A DNA stretch of 62,656 nt, counting the filler. It is 4 parts of 4 records of this genome, joined end to end, with 100 filler letters (N's around TTAATTAATTAA, not from the genome) between each part and the next. Parts side by side here need not be neighbours in the genome. Positions count along the whole stretch, not along the records: positions 16,957 to 27,265 come from SRR20825019_1659; positions 27,366 to 57,098 come from SRR20825019_1662; 2 more parts are not named here. The stretch is one strand, 5' to 3'. The position numbers and the translations under genes are program-made. The notes beneath the pieces are model-generated. The model did no database searches. It worked only from the letters and a program-made list of their open reading frames with translations, and was not told the DNA's origin. Shown here piece by piece: positions 18,195 through 28,425 of the stretch (its first letter is position 1; each line of letters opens with the position of its first letter).

Positions 18195-18776
18195 TTATAG
18201 GCTGATTTCAGTCCCAAGCAGGGTCAGGAAACCGGCCAGCCATTTTGGATGTGCCGGCCATGCCGGTGCGGTGACAAGATTGCCGTCAATGCAGGCATCA
18301 TCAATCGCGATTTCAGCATAAGTCCCACCGGCAAGGCGTACTTCGGGGGCGCAGGCCGGATAGGCAGATACACGGCGATCTTTGAGGATATCCGCCGCAG
18401 CAAGAATTTGCGCACCGTGGCAGACCGCGGCAATCGGTTTGTCGGCATCGTTGAAGTCGCGAACCAGACGGATGACATCCTCGTTTAAGCGCAGATATTC
18501 CGGCGCCCGCCCGCCGGGGATCAGAAGGGCATCATAGTCCTGCACCCGGGCTTTTTCGAAATCGGCATTCAGCGCAAAATTGTGCCCGCGCTTTTCGCTG
18601 TATGTCTGATCGCCTTCGAAATCGTGAATGGCGGTCGCAATCGAATCACCGGCTTTTTTGTTGGGGCAAACGGCGTCAACCGAATGGCCAACTGCAAGCA
18701 GCGTCTGGAACGGAACCATTGTTTCGTAATCTTCGGCATAATCGCCGACCAGCATCAGGATTTTTTTTGCTGACAT
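18195..18776 (-). CDS. DJ-1/PfpI family protein
   Basis: [37 protein letters not shown]. Confidence 0.93.
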   Translation of the reverse strand: MSAKKILMLVGDYAEDYETMVPFQTLLAVGHSVDAVCPNKKAGDSIATAIHDFEGDQTYSEKRGHNFALNADFEKARVQDYDALLIPGGRAPEYLRLNEDVIRLVRDFNDADKPIAAVCHGAQILAAADILKDRRVSAYPACAPEVRLAGGTYAEIAIDDACIDGNLVTAPAWPAHPKWLAGFLTLLGTEISL

Positions 18777-18941
18777 TATTTTATCCTCCCGTTTGTTGTG
18801 ATCCTGAAACTATAGATCATGGCAGGGATAAGCGGGTAACAGCGGGCTACTACGCGTCAAAACGGGCGAAACGGATTGCGTGAAACGAAAAAAGACGGCC
18901 CGGATGGGGCCGCCTTTGGCAGATCAAATTTTTATGACAAA

Positions 18942-19919
18942 TCAGCTTTTGGTGGTTGTTGATTTGCTGGCAGTGGGGTTTTTGGCTGCTGTGGTTTTGG
19001 CTGCCGTCGCCTTGGTCGCCGGTTTTGCTGCCGTGCTGCGTGTTGCAGGCTTTTTCGCCGGGGCGGCCTTTGTCGGAAGGGCCGTTGATGCGGTTTCGAC
19101 ACCTTCTTTGATATGCAGGTCGCGCTGCGGGAAGGGAATCGCGTAACCGGCGGCTTCAAGTTCCGTTTTCGAACGACGGCTGAGATCCCAGAAAGTCGCC
19201 CAGTAATCGGGCGTGCTGGTCCAGCCGCGTGCTGTCAGATCGACAGAGCTTTCGCCAAGGTTGGCAACGAAGCTCATGGGTTCGGGGTCCTTTAGAACGC
19301 GCGGATCGCTTGCAACCAGATTTTTAAGGAAATCAAGTGCGGCATCGACATCATCGTCATAAGAAATACCAACCTTGATATCCAGACGACGGGTAGGATT
19401 GCGCGAATAGTTTTTGATCGCGCTGTTCCAGATTTGCGAGTTCGGAGCGGAAACATAGACCCCGTCTGCCGTTTTGAACAGCGTCGTGAACAGGGTGATT
19501 TCAACCACGGTGCCCGAAACAGAACCCGCTTCGATGAATTCGTCGACTTTGATTGGTCGCAGGATCAGGATCATTACGCCAGCGGCAATGTTGGACAATG
19601 TCCCTTGCAGGGCCAAGCCGATAGCAAGACCGGCGGCACCAAGTACGGCGATGATGCTTGCGGTCTGGACGCCGAAATTCGACAGAACGGCGATCAGGAC
19701 AAAGATCAGTATCAGGTAGCGCACAATGTTTGCGGCAAGGGGTTTGATCGTCGCGTCGACAAATTTTGCATTCTTCAGGGAATGGCGGACCAGGGCGGAG
19801 GCGCGACCAGCGACCCACCAGCCGACAATCAGAATCAGAACCGCACCCAGCAGATCCATCCCGAAGCCCAGCGCAAATGCCTTTAGCATTTCGGCAATCG
19901 TCGCCATATCTGTTTCCAT
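18942..19919 (-). CDS. mscS: Small-conductance mechanosensitive channel with Ala/Lys/Thr-rich tail
   Basis: LGAAGLAIGLALQGTLSNIAAG, IKNYSR, IPFPQRDLH. Confidence 0.92.
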   Translation of the reverse strand: METDMATIAEMLKAFALGFGMDLLGAVLILIVGWWVAGRASALVRHSLKNAKFVDATIKPLAANIVRYLILIFVLIAVLSNFGVQTASIIAVLGAAGLAIGLALQGTLSNIAAGVMILILRPIKVDEFIEAGSVSGTVVEITLFTTLFKTADGVYVSAPNSQIWNSAIKNYSRNPTRRLDIKVGISYDDDVDAALDFLKNLVASDPRVLKDPEPMSFVANLGESSVDLTARGWTSTPDYWATFWDLSRRSKTELEAAGYAIPFPQRDLHIKEGVETASTALPTKAAPAKKPATRSTAAKPATKATAAKTTAAKNPTASKSTTTKS

Positions 19920-20166
19920 CATTTAAACCTCACTTGCTCAGAGATTGTATGTGCTGCTAACATGGGTTGTAGTATAAAGCCCACATACTAGCTTATGATG
20001 CTTCAGCATCGCAGGTTTAGGCGATCTTGAAAAGTGACCTCAAAGTACCACCTGAACCTAGTGTTATGGAACTTTTCGTATTTTCGGTCGTTTAGAGACA
20101 TAATATGACCATCATTGGTGATATTGTTGGTTAGTGAATAACAACCTGAACTATAGGGGCAAAAAC

Positions 20167-21066
20167 ATGCAGCTTCGTCCGTCTTTTATCTGTGCTATCG
20201 GGGGCATCGCCCTTCTTAGCGCGTGTAGCAGTGTCGACAACTCGGGTACGGCAGTCCCGTATGGCGGTAACCCGTTTACTTACGGTAACTCCGTGAATGG
20301 TGCGATTACCGGCGCGGAACCTTCAACTGCGTTCGGCAAGGCGCTTAAAGCCGAATATATCGCATACGCACAGCGTGAAGCCGATGAATGGTACGATTTC
20401 TTCGACGCCGACTTCTTTGCGAAGAAAGCAGGCAAGGTCGCTGAAAACGAAACGATTCTTCCGGAAGATCCGGCCAACTGGCGTTTTGACGCCGAAGAAA
20501 TCGCACAGAAGCGCGCAGTTCGTGATGAACTGATCGCTCTTCTTGACGATGGCAAGCGTGAAGCAAAACCGGATACGGCCGCAATTGCGCAGGCTCGTTT
20601 CGATTGCTGGATCGAAGAAAGCGAAGAAGGCTGGCAGACTGATCTGATCAGCCAGTGCTGGAAAGATTTCGAAGCCGCAATGTCAGAATTGCGTGCGGAA
20701 GAGCCGAAAGAAATGGCACCGGAGCCGGTTGCAGCCGCACCGCGCCTGTTCACCATCTTCTTCGACTTTGACAGCACCGCGATCACCCCGGTTTCCGAGC
20801 GTGTTCTTGATGCCGCTGCCGAGCAGTGGGCATCGAGCATGAGCAACGTGACCGTCGTTGGCCACACCGATGCGTCGGGTTCGGCTTCTTATAACCAGGG
20901 TCTGTCGGAGCGTCGTGCTTCTTCGGCACTGTCAGAGCTGACCAAACGTGGTGTTAAAGGCGACATGGTTGACAGCGAAGCTGTTGGCGAGAGCGATCTG
21001 CTTATCCCGACTCCGGATGGTGTTCGTGAACCGCGTAACCGTCGTGTGACCATCTCGATCGACTAA
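20167..21066 (+). CDS. OmpA-family lipoprotein
   Basis: Lipobox LLSAC; IFFDFDS, GHTDASGSASYNQGLSERRA, REPRNRRV. Confidence 0.92.
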   Translation: MQLRPSFICAIGGIALLSACSSVDNSGTAVPYGGNPFTYGNSVNGAITGAEPSTAFGKALKAEYIAYAQREADEWYDFFDADFFAKKAGKVAENETILPEDPANWRFDAEEIAQKRAVRDELIALLDDGKREAKPDTAAIAQARFDCWIEESEEGWQTDLISQCWKDFEAAMSELRAEEPKEMAPEPVAAAPRLFTIFFDFDSTAITPVSERVLDAAAEQWASSMSNVTVVGHTDASGSASYNQGLSERRASSALSELTKRGVKGDMVDSEAVGESDLLIPTPDGVREPRNRRVTISID

Positions 21067-21092
21067 TCCGCGATCGTTTACCAAATCTTCGG

Positions 21093-21127
21093 CAACGGGG
21101 TGGCATGATGCCACCCCGTTGTTTTTT
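21093..21127 (+). terminator. Rho-independent terminator
   Basis: CAACGGGGTGGCAT-G-ATGCCACCCCGTTG followed by a T run. Confidence 0.8.
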
Positions 21128-21239
21128 ATGGATAGTCGATTAAATACAGATTTAATCCTGTGAATAACGGTTGAAATTGGACGCAATACACCTAATGTCT
21201 GCGGGGTATCCGAGCCGCGAAAGGGAGAGACGGGGGAAG

Positions 21240-21881
21240 ATGATCAGAAATTTGTGCCGTTCATTGCGCGGTGCCGGTATCTGCGCGATGGCCGTTGTTA
21301 TCATGGCCGGAAGTTTTGCCCGACCAGGGGCTGCTGCAGATAAAACGCCACCAGTACCATTTGAAAAGCTTTATGCCGCCGAGCGCGGTGACGGCAAGTA
21401 TCTTCGTTTCAATGCCTTTTCGGGCGAAATTCCGGGCAAGCGGATCAAGGCACTTTTGCGGTCCGGTCAGGTCATCGGTGATCGCATCCTTCTTGCCGAG
21501 GACGTCGCGGTTTATTTCCCGGATGGTTATATCGTCCAGTCACAGGTTCGTTTTGGCAAATATATCCCGCGTCCCGGTCTGATTGCCGGTGCTGTTGCCA
21601 AACGTGATCATCTGATCGAAAACCCGCGCTATGCGCTTGTCGGGCAGTTTGACCAGATTCTTGGCAAGGAATGCGCCCGTACCGAATATGCCAATGGTTT
21701 TGCTGCGCTCCGGATCAAGTCCGATGGCGTGATGTCGCTGGTGATGGAAACGTCGGGACTTTACGATCCGCTGGTTGACGAAGCGACGACGACCTACACG
21801 GTGACCAGTGCCGTGCAGCCGGATTTCATCGGCAATCAGGGGCTGGTTCCCGATTTGATGAAAATGTGTGGTCGCGGCTGA
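21240..21881 (+). CDS. Hypothetical exported protein
   Basis: Signal-peptide-like N-terminus ending PGAAA; purine-rich RBS. Confidence 0.65.
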   Translation: MIRNLCRSLRGAGICAMAVVIMAGSFARPGAAADKTPPVPFEKLYAAERGDGKYLRFNAFSGEIPGKRIKALLRSGQVIGDRILLAEDVAVYFPDGYIVQSQVRFGKYIPRPGLIAGAVAKRDHLIENPRYALVGQFDQILGKECARTEYANGFAALRIKSDGVMSLVMETSGLYDPLVDEATTTYTVTSAVQPDFIGNQGLVPDLMKMCGRG

Positions 21882-21965
21882 TTTCGGCCTGCTTGGTATG
21901 AAATGAAAGGCACCGCCATTCACGCGGTGCCTTTTGTGTTTTTGGCGTCGGTCCGGCGCGCCGTA

Positions 21966-22409
21966 TCAGGCGACTTTCCAGTCCGGGGCGAAAAGACGGG
22001 GGATTTCGATTGCCGGGCAACGGTTCATCACGACATCAAGCCCGGCATCCTGCGCGCGGGTGGCACCACTGATGTTGATGACGCCAAGCTGCATCCAAAC
22101 GGATTTGGCACCAATCGCAATGGCCTCGTCAATCACACCACCGGCATCCTCGCTATTGCGGAAGATATCGACCATATCGACCGGCTCAGGAATATCGCCA
22201 AGGGTTGCGAAGACCTTTTGACCGTGGATTTCACCGCCAGCCTGGCCGGGATTGACCGGAATGACGTGATAGCCGCGCGATAAAAGGAACTTCATCACAC
22301 CGTTTGACGGACGTTCGGCTTTCGGGCTGGCGCCGACCAGCGCAATTGTCTTGGTACGTTCAAGCAATGCCTGCGTGGCATTGTCGTCGGGATTTTTGAA
22401 ATCGCTCAT
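21966..22409 (-). CDS. CoA-binding protein (YccU-like)
   Basis: TIALVGAS, IPVNPG, VDMVDIFR, VWMQLGV, VVMNRCPAIE. Confidence 0.9.
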   Translation of the reverse strand: MSDFKNPDDNATQALLERTKTIALVGASPKAERPSNGVMKFLLSRGYHVIPVNPGQAGGEIHGQKVFATLGDIPEPVDMVDIFRNSEDAGGVIDEAIAIGAKSVWMQLGVINISGATRAQDAGLDVVMNRCPAIEIPRLFAPDWKVA

Positions 22410-22617
22410 GTCATCTGCCTTTGGTTTGCGATGCGGCATCGTTATGTCTGTATGATACATAAGGTTTTGATCTGCTGCTGCAATCTTCTGGCGTCGGGAT
22501 TATGTAATGCCGCGGCGCTCGCAGAAAGTTGATGGCAAATTTAACTGACGGATTGAACGAAACAGGGTTGAGTAGGGGATATATTGCCCATTACCCAAAA
22601 CACCAAAGGTATCCCGC

Positions 22618-23499
22618 ATGTTTCCATGGCTTGATCCGTCCGGCAGATTTTCGGTTTTTAAGCTGACCGTGTTTGTGCTGCTGCTTGTGCCGGGCTGTTT
22701 CATTCTCTGGCCGGTGATTGCCGAAGGCGGGGCGACCATTCCGGTCAAGGAGGCGATCCTTGAAAGCGGCGATTGGGCGATCCGGATGTTGCTGATCTCG
22801 CTTCTGATCACGCCGCTTCGCCGGATTACACGTGCCAGCAAGCTTGTCCAAATTCGCCGTCAGGTTGGTTTGGCGGCGTTGGGATATGCCTTAATCCATC
22901 TGTTGTTATATATGCTGAGCCAGTCATGGGATGTGCTGCGCGTGGCTAATGAAATTCTGGTACGGATTTACCTGACCATTGGCTTTGTCGCGCTGACGGG
23001 GCTTGTCATTCTTGGGATGACATCGACCAAATCAGCCATGCGCAAGCTTGGCAGGAATTGGACCCGGTTGCACAAGATCAGTTATGGCATTGGCGTGTTG
23101 GCGGCCCTGCATTTCTTTATGCAGTCAAAGATCGATGTCAGCGAAGCGACCCTGATGTCGGGATTTTTTGTTGCACTTATGCTGTATCGCGCAGCCCATG
23201 CGCGTGACTGGTCGTTGAGATCACCGTTGGTTCTGGTATCGATTGCGGTTCTGGCTGGGCTGGCAACGGCAGGGATTGAATATGCGTGGTACGGGCTTGC
23301 GACCGGTGTGCCGCCGTCGGCCGTTCTGGTCGCCAATCTGGAATTCATGTGGCCGTTGCGGCCGGCATGGAATGTGTTGCTGTGCGGATTGGTTGTCGTG
23401 GTGATCAGCCTGTTCGGGCGTGATGCGATCGGTCGTGAATGGCTGGGCCAGATCGCATCATCCCTGTCGGTCAGACCGCAGCGTTCGCGCGGCGGGTAA
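22618..23499 (+). CDS. msrQ: MsrQ/YedZ-like heme-binding ferric-reductase-type membrane protein
   Basis: LLITPLR, RRQVGL, LIHL, WTRLHKISY, ALHFF. Confidence 0.82.
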   Translation: MFPWLDPSGRFSVFKLTVFVLLLVPGCFILWPVIAEGGATIPVKEAILESGDWAIRMLLISLLITPLRRITRASKLVQIRRQVGLAALGYALIHLLLYMLSQSWDVLRVANEILVRIYLTIGFVALTGLVILGMTSTKSAMRKLGRNWTRLHKISYGIGVLAALHFFMQSKIDVSEATLMSGFFVALMLYRAAHARDWSLRSPLVLVSIAVLAGLATAGIEYAWYGLATGVPPSAVLVANLEFMWPLRPAWNVLLCGLVVVVISLFGRDAIGREWLGQIASSLSVRPQRSRGG

Positions 23500-24109
23500 G
23501 GGCGGTCAGAAGGCCCGCACCGATCATTACGGCACCGCCTGCACGGGTCAGGCGCAACATGGCGGTCGGTTTGCGGAATTTTTCCCGCAGGGCACCGGCC
23601 ATGATTGCCCAGATCGCAACATTGACCGCCGCCAGCGAGACAAAGGTTGCGGTCATAATCACGAATTGCGGCAATATGGGCATCGAGGCATTGACGAATT
23701 GCGGCACAAAGGCAATGAAGAACACGATGCCTTTGGGGTTTAAGGCCGTCACGATATAGGCCTGCAGGAACATGCGTGACGGTCGGTTGCGTTTGGCATC
23801 CGGGTTATCTTCCAGTGCGCCCGGTTTTTCGCGCCACATCTTGATGCCAAGATAAATCAGATATCCCGCGCCGCATAATTTCAGCACCGTAAACGCATTT
23901 GCCGATGCCGCCAGCAACGCACCGGCACCGGCCAGCGAAACCGTCATCGCGGTCAGGTCGCCCAGCGCAACACCCGGAACCGTCGCCCATGCGGTCTGGC
24001 GGCCCTTGCCAAGGGCATAGCTGACCACCAGCATGATGGTCGGACCGGGAATGGCCAGCACGATTGAGCAGGCCAGAACGAAGGTAAGCCAGATTTCCAA
24101 ATTCATCAT
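23471..24109 (-). CDS. LysE/RhtB family translocator
   Basis: IPGPT, GAGYLIYLG, TALNPKG. Confidence 0.92.
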   Translation of the reverse strand: MMNLEIWLTFVLACSIVLAIPGPTIMLVVSYALGKGRQTAWATVPGVALGDLTAMTVSLAGAGALLAASANAFTVLKLCGAGYLIYLGIKMWREKPGALEDNPDAKRNRPSRMFLQAYIVTALNPKGIVFFIAFVPQFVNASMPILPQFVIMTATFVSLAAVNVAIWAIMAGALREKFRKPTAMLRLTRAGGAVMIGAGLLTALTRRANAAV

Positions 24110-24193
24110 TCCCCTCCTTCGGGTGATTTTCAGCAATTATCAAGCCAGAGCCGACGGGGGAAGTCGAGGGCAAAGTAACGGGCGATATCGCGC

Positions 24194-25003
24194 CTATTCA
24201 TGCCGCCATTCCGGATGGCGTTTTTCAACGAATGCGCCGATCCCCTCGCGCGCATCGTGTTTTTGCATGTTGTCGGTCATCACCCCGGATGCATAGGCAT
24301 AAGCGTCGGACAATGGCATTTCGAGCTGGCGGTAGAATGCTTCCTTGCCCAGTTTTACCGTCATGCCCGAACGTGATGCGATGCGTTTGGCAAGGTCGTC
24401 AGTTGCGGTGATCAGGTCGTCATCTTCGACGACATCGGAAATCAGCCCCATCTGCCACGCGGTTTGGGCATCAATCGGGTCACCGGTCAACAGCATGCGC
24501 ATGGCATGTTTGCGCGATACATTGCGGCTGAGTGCGACCATCGGGGTCGAACAGAACAGCCCGATATTGACGCCGGGTGTGGCAAATTTTGCAAATGTTC
24601 CGGCAACGGCAAGATCGCAGCTTGCCACCAGTTGGCAACCGGCCGCTGTCGCCACGGCATGAACGCGTGCGATCACCGGCTGGGGCAGGGTGACAATCCG
24701 CATCATCAGCGCGCTGCATTGGGAAAACAGGGCCGCATGGCCGTCGCAGGTGGAAATGCCGTTCATTTCCTTAAGGTCATGACCAGCACAAAAAGCCGGA
24801 CCGTTTGCTGCAAGGATCACACAGCGAATGGCAGGATCGCCTGCGATCTGATCCAATGCCGTGTGCAGAGCCGCCATCATCGCCCCGGAAAGGGCATTGC
24901 GGCTTTTGGCGGCATTCAGGGTCAGGGTTGCGACCGGGCCCTCGTCTTTGCGCAGGACAAGGCTGGTTTCATCTGTGTGGCTGTTGGGCGAGTTTCTGGT
25001 CAT
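24194..25003 (-). CDS. Enoyl-CoA hydratase (ECHDC3-like crotonase)
   Basis: AFCAGHDLKE, ATAAGCQLVASCDL, FATPGVNIGLFCSTP. Confidence 0.93.
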   Translation of the reverse strand: MTRNSPNSHTDETSLVLRKDEGPVATLTLNAAKSRNALSGAMMAALHTALDQIAGDPAIRCVILAANGPAFCAGHDLKEMNGISTCDGHAALFSQCSALMMRIVTLPQPVIARVHAVATAAGCQLVASCDLAVAGTFAKFATPGVNIGLFCSTPMVALSRNVSRKHAMRMLLTGDPIDAQTAWQMGLISDVVEDDDLITATDDLAKRIASRSGMTVKLGKEAFYRQLEMPLSDAYAYASGVMTDNMQKHDAREGIGAFVEKRHPEWRHE

Positions 25004-25038
25004 TTATGCCTCCCTGTGATGGCGCGCACTGTATGTTT

Positions 25039-25054
25039 TTTACTTTTACGTCAA
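25039..25054 (-). promoter_or_regulatory. Putative LiuR-type operator
   Basis: TTGACGTAAAAGTAAA on the minus strand upstream of the enoyl-CoA hydratase; resembles TTTACGTwwACGTAAA. Confidence 0.6.
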
Positions 25055-25158
25055 TATACTGTCGTTGTAGAATTTCACGTCCCGGTTTTGTTGGAAACTA
25101 AAAATACCACAATAATGATCCTGACCTGTGGGGCGGTCCCGTTTATGGGCAGTGGGAA

Positions 25159-26061
25159 ATGACCGACGACGAAAAACGTAAACCACAGCGGGCTCCTGGT
25201 CGTTTTGTCACGACCAAGGAAATCGTTAAAAAGCGCCAGCCGGTTTCGCCGGTCGCCAAGACGAAAATGAAACGCTATGACCGTAAGGAGGCCATAGACT
25301 GGGACATGGAACGTCAGCGCGCCGAGGCACGCGCCCGGTTGTTAAGCCGCGGGTTTGACGTTCCCGAAATCCTTCAGCCCCGCCGACCGGAAAAGGATCC
25401 GGATAACCCGGATGTCAGCGCCCTTGATCCCGATATGGCGCGTGATATTTCCGGGACGGCAATGGCGGGACCGAAACCCGCCGCGTCGAAAAAGATAAAG
25501 CCGGTTACCGCAAATGATCTGCGCAGTACCGGTAAACCGGGCGACAGGCCGAAACCCAATCGTCACGTCCTTGCCGGAAATGCAGCCCTGTATCAGGCCC
25601 AACCCAATGGGGCGCAGACAAATGCCGCGCAGGAAGACCTGCGGGGCGGGGATGACGGGACAGGAAGTGCGTATAGGGAATATCTGGAAAGTCTGGGCGA
25701 TGGGGCGCAAACCGGCCTGGATATGCATAACGATATTGCCGGTCGTGTAGATGATCTGAAATCCACATCGCGCAATGGATCTGGCAATATCGATCTGCCT
25801 GATAACAGTGCAAACTGGCTTAGTCAGGAAGAAGCCCGACGACTTAATTCCGGTATTGTATCGCCGGCACATTCGGCACGCGCGGACGGCCGGAAAGCCA
25901 CCAAGCAGCGCCGGGCCAACAAAAAAGCAACGGAACGCAGAAATGCTTTGGCGCTTGATAAAGTCCTGCCCAAGCTGGGTGCATATATGGTTGCAGCCAT
26001 TGCTGTCGGCTATGTTCTGGTGCTGGTTTATACCGAGCTTGGCAAATTGATCAGCGGATAG
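25159..26061 (+). CDS. Orphan disordered protein with C-terminal TM anchor (triad member 1)
   Basis: 300 aa; ends KVLP-KLGAYMVAAIAVGYVLVLVYT-EL-GKLISG. Confidence 0.75.
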   Translation: MTDDEKRKPQRAPGRFVTTKEIVKKRQPVSPVAKTKMKRYDRKEAIDWDMERQRAEARARLLSRGFDVPEILQPRRPEKDPDNPDVSALDPDMARDISGTAMAGPKPAASKKIKPVTANDLRSTGKPGDRPKPNRHVLAGNAALYQAQPNGAQTNAAQEDLRGGDDGTGSAYREYLESLGDGAQTGLDMHNDIAGRVDDLKSTSRNGSGNIDLPDNSANWLSQEEARRLNSGIVSPAHSARADGRKATKQRRANKKATERRNALALDKVLPKLGAYMVAAIAVGYVLVLVYTELGKLISG

Positions 26062-26265
26062 CGTAAAAGCAATCCAGAATAGAATATCAATTCCTGAACT
26101 TTGCCTCAAACCTGCCTAAATGTGGGGACTATTATACCGTGTTGCACGCTTAAGCGTGTGACAGGGGATTTTATGATTCGTAATTATGCGTAATGGGGAG
26201 AGTGCAAGACGAGGGGGACCCTGTATTGGCTGGCAAGGTATGCCGGGTAAGGCAGGGGCTGGAAT

Positions 26266-26604
26266 GTGACATTAACCCTTGTTGCAGGAGACGGCGGAGG
26301 TAGCGCCGTAGTCGCCATGGAAAGTGACGTAAAAGGTCAGGAAGACCGCCACCCGGTTTACCTTCCGGAAAACCGGTATCACTGGGCGTCCAACGATGAA
26401 GTGGACAAGCCCACAGTTATCCTGCGTGGTCCGGTCAGGCCAAGATTTAAACGTCCCACATCCGATATCAGTTCCAATTTCGATCTGAATGACTGGTTGC
26501 GGAAAAAATTACCGCGCGCCAGTGCATCCCTGATTGTCAGTATCGTAATTGCGAGTGTGATCCTCGCGACCTATTCAGAACTTGCTGTTCTGTTATCACG
26601 ATGA
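26266..26604 (+). CDS. Orphan protein with C-terminal TM anchor (triad member 2; start uncertain)
   Basis: ends KKLP-RASASLIVSIVIASVILATYS-EL-AVLLSR. Confidence 0.7.
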   Translation: MTLTLVAGDGGGSAVVAMESDVKGQEDRHPVYLPENRYHWASNDEVDKPTVILRGPVRPRFKRPTSDISSNFDLNDWLRKKLPRASASLIVSIVIASVILATYSELAVLLSR

Positions 26605-27167
26605 TGGCACGTATATCAGGGGTGGATCGCGCGGCACCAGCGCGTCTGGTGTCGGCCGGTGTCCGCCGTCGGGCGCACATGCAGGGCATGGATAATAACC
26701 AGCCAGATGGTAATATATCGGGGGTGCAGGACCCGATTGATCCTAACCCGGATCAGGATGCCCGCGACAGTGATCCGCGCGAAAGCGGCGAGCAACCCAA
26801 AAAAACAAATCCCAGTACCGCAGCGACCGAAACGATATCCGAAGACGTTAAACCGTTTGCTGATTTCATTTCGATCCTGACGCCCTTTGGACACCGCTCC
26901 GTTACCCAAGATGGTGACGACACGATGCATTCCAAGCTCCCACAAACCCGGCCCGGTGTGTTTTCCGAAGCCTTGCCGGGGCATCCACCAGAAATTCCTG
27001 TTCATGCAAATGCGCTCAGGCCGACTGCATTGTCTGGGGCTGCCGTGAAGCGGCGTGGAGTGGAAAAGTGGTTGCCCAATATCGGATCCTTCCTGATTAC
27101 GGTCATTGTGATTCTGGCCGTGATCTGGATAACGGTGATCGAGCTTTCGTCAATTCTTGGCGGGTAG
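26601..27167 (+). CDS. Orphan disordered protein with C-terminal TM anchor (triad member 3; start uncertain)
   Basis: ends KWLP-NIGSFLITVIVILAVIWITVI-EL-SSILGG. Confidence 0.7.
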   Translation: MMARISGVDRAAPARLVSAGVRRRAHMQGMDNNQPDGNISGVQDPIDPNPDQDARDSDPRESGEQPKKTNPSTAATETISEDVKPFADFISILTPFGHRSVTQDGDDTMHSKLPQTRPGVFSEALPGHPPEIPVHANALRPTALSGAAVKRRGVEKWLPNIGSFLITVIVILAVIWITVIELSSILGG

Positions 27168-27237
27168 GAGAGGGGATTTTCAGGGGCGTTTCTATGCGGC
27201 ACCGGTTGTGATCATCAAGGGGGCTGGTTTGAAAATA

Positions 27238-27253
27238 TTGACGTTAACGTAAA
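27238..27253 (+). promoter_or_regulatory. Putative LiuR-type operator for a gene beyond the contig end
   Basis: Near-palindrome TTGACGTTAACGTAAA. Confidence 0.65.
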
Positions 27254-27265
27254 CGTTATGTCAGG

Positions 27266-27365
27266 NNNNNNNNNNNNNNNNNNNNNNNNNNNNNNNNNNN
27301 NNNNNNNNNTTAATTAATTAANNNNNNNNNNNNNNNNNNNNNNNNNNNNNNNNNNNNNNNNNNNN
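27266..27365. other. Artificial contig spacer
   Basis: N44-TTAATTAATTAA-N44. Confidence 0.98.
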
Positions 27366-28250
27366 CGAGATTGCCGTACCCAAACGCTCCACAATTTGCG
27401 GGCGGATCGAGATCATGAATTCCTTCATCTTGGTAATCAACGGCGTCAAAACAGGCATTAAAGCGCCCATCAAGCCGTTACGCACGCCGGTAATCGATTT
27501 ACCGAAGCTGTCCATTGCATCGTTATAGGCTTCGGTATCCTTTGCCGCCTGATCACTGATCATGCCCAGATCGGACATTTCATCGAACAACCGCCCCATT
27601 TCCTCTTGCGGCTGCTGTAAAAGCAGCGACATTTTAGACCCACTCTCGCCAAACAGCTTCATTGCGGTTGACGTGCGGAGCGCCGGGTTCTCAATCTTGC
27701 GGAACGCAGACTGAAGCTCGGGCAACAGATCGTTCAGATCACGGACATTGCCCTGATTGTCGCGCAGCGGGATACCCAACGCCTCAAAGATTGGCTTCGC
27801 GCGCCCGATTCCGTTGGCGGCGTCACCCACGTTCTTAGCCAGGTCACGGAAGCTTTTGCGCAATTCCTCGTTCGACATGCCCGCGGCTTGGTTTGCCGCG
27901 TGCTGCCATTGCTGCAATCGTTCGGTCGAAATACCGACAGTGCGGCCAAACTTGGCAAGCACATCGGCCTCGCCCGCCCCACTATGCAACCACGCCAAAA
28001 CCCCGCCGCCAAACCCTATCCCGGCCAACCCCAGAAGCCCGACACCCACGCCCGAGATATGACGCCCCAGACCAGCGAACGAACTACCAAGGCGTCGGAA
28101 ACCATCGGTGATCTTGTGGAAGCCAAGGCTTCGCGTCACCGCAGAAGCACGGGCACGAATGCCGGTCAGCATGGATTGAACCCGGCGCATCGGTCCTGAG
28201 ACCGTTTCGCGCGCATTCAGGATCATGCTAACGACGAAATTCTTAGCCAT
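27366..28250 (-). CDS. Tail tape measure protein (3'-truncated by the gap)
   Basis: Follows the chaperone genes; GISTERLQQWQHAA, FEALGI, AMKLFGESG. Confidence 0.88.
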
Positions 28251-28425
28251 CAGTCACACCGTTTAACGCGTCAAGCTGTCGCTGCGCGTCCTCGTTATAG
28301 GCATCGATACAAAGGAGAATGTCATCAAGCGGCATGTCGCGAATTTCGGCTGGCTTCCAGCCGAAACGCGCGACAAACAGCTTGATCACTGATCGGAAGT
28401 CGTCCGGGAAGGCTTTAGGAAAAAA
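28243..28425 (-). CDS. GpE'-like C-terminal extension of the tail chaperone, reached by -1 frameshift
   Basis: FGWKPAEIRDMPLDDIL; slippery T TTT TTC at 28419-28425. Confidence 0.75.
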   Translation of the reverse strand, partial: FFPKAFPDDFRSVIKLFVARFGWKPAEIRDMPLDDILLCIDAYNEDAQRQLDALNGVTDG

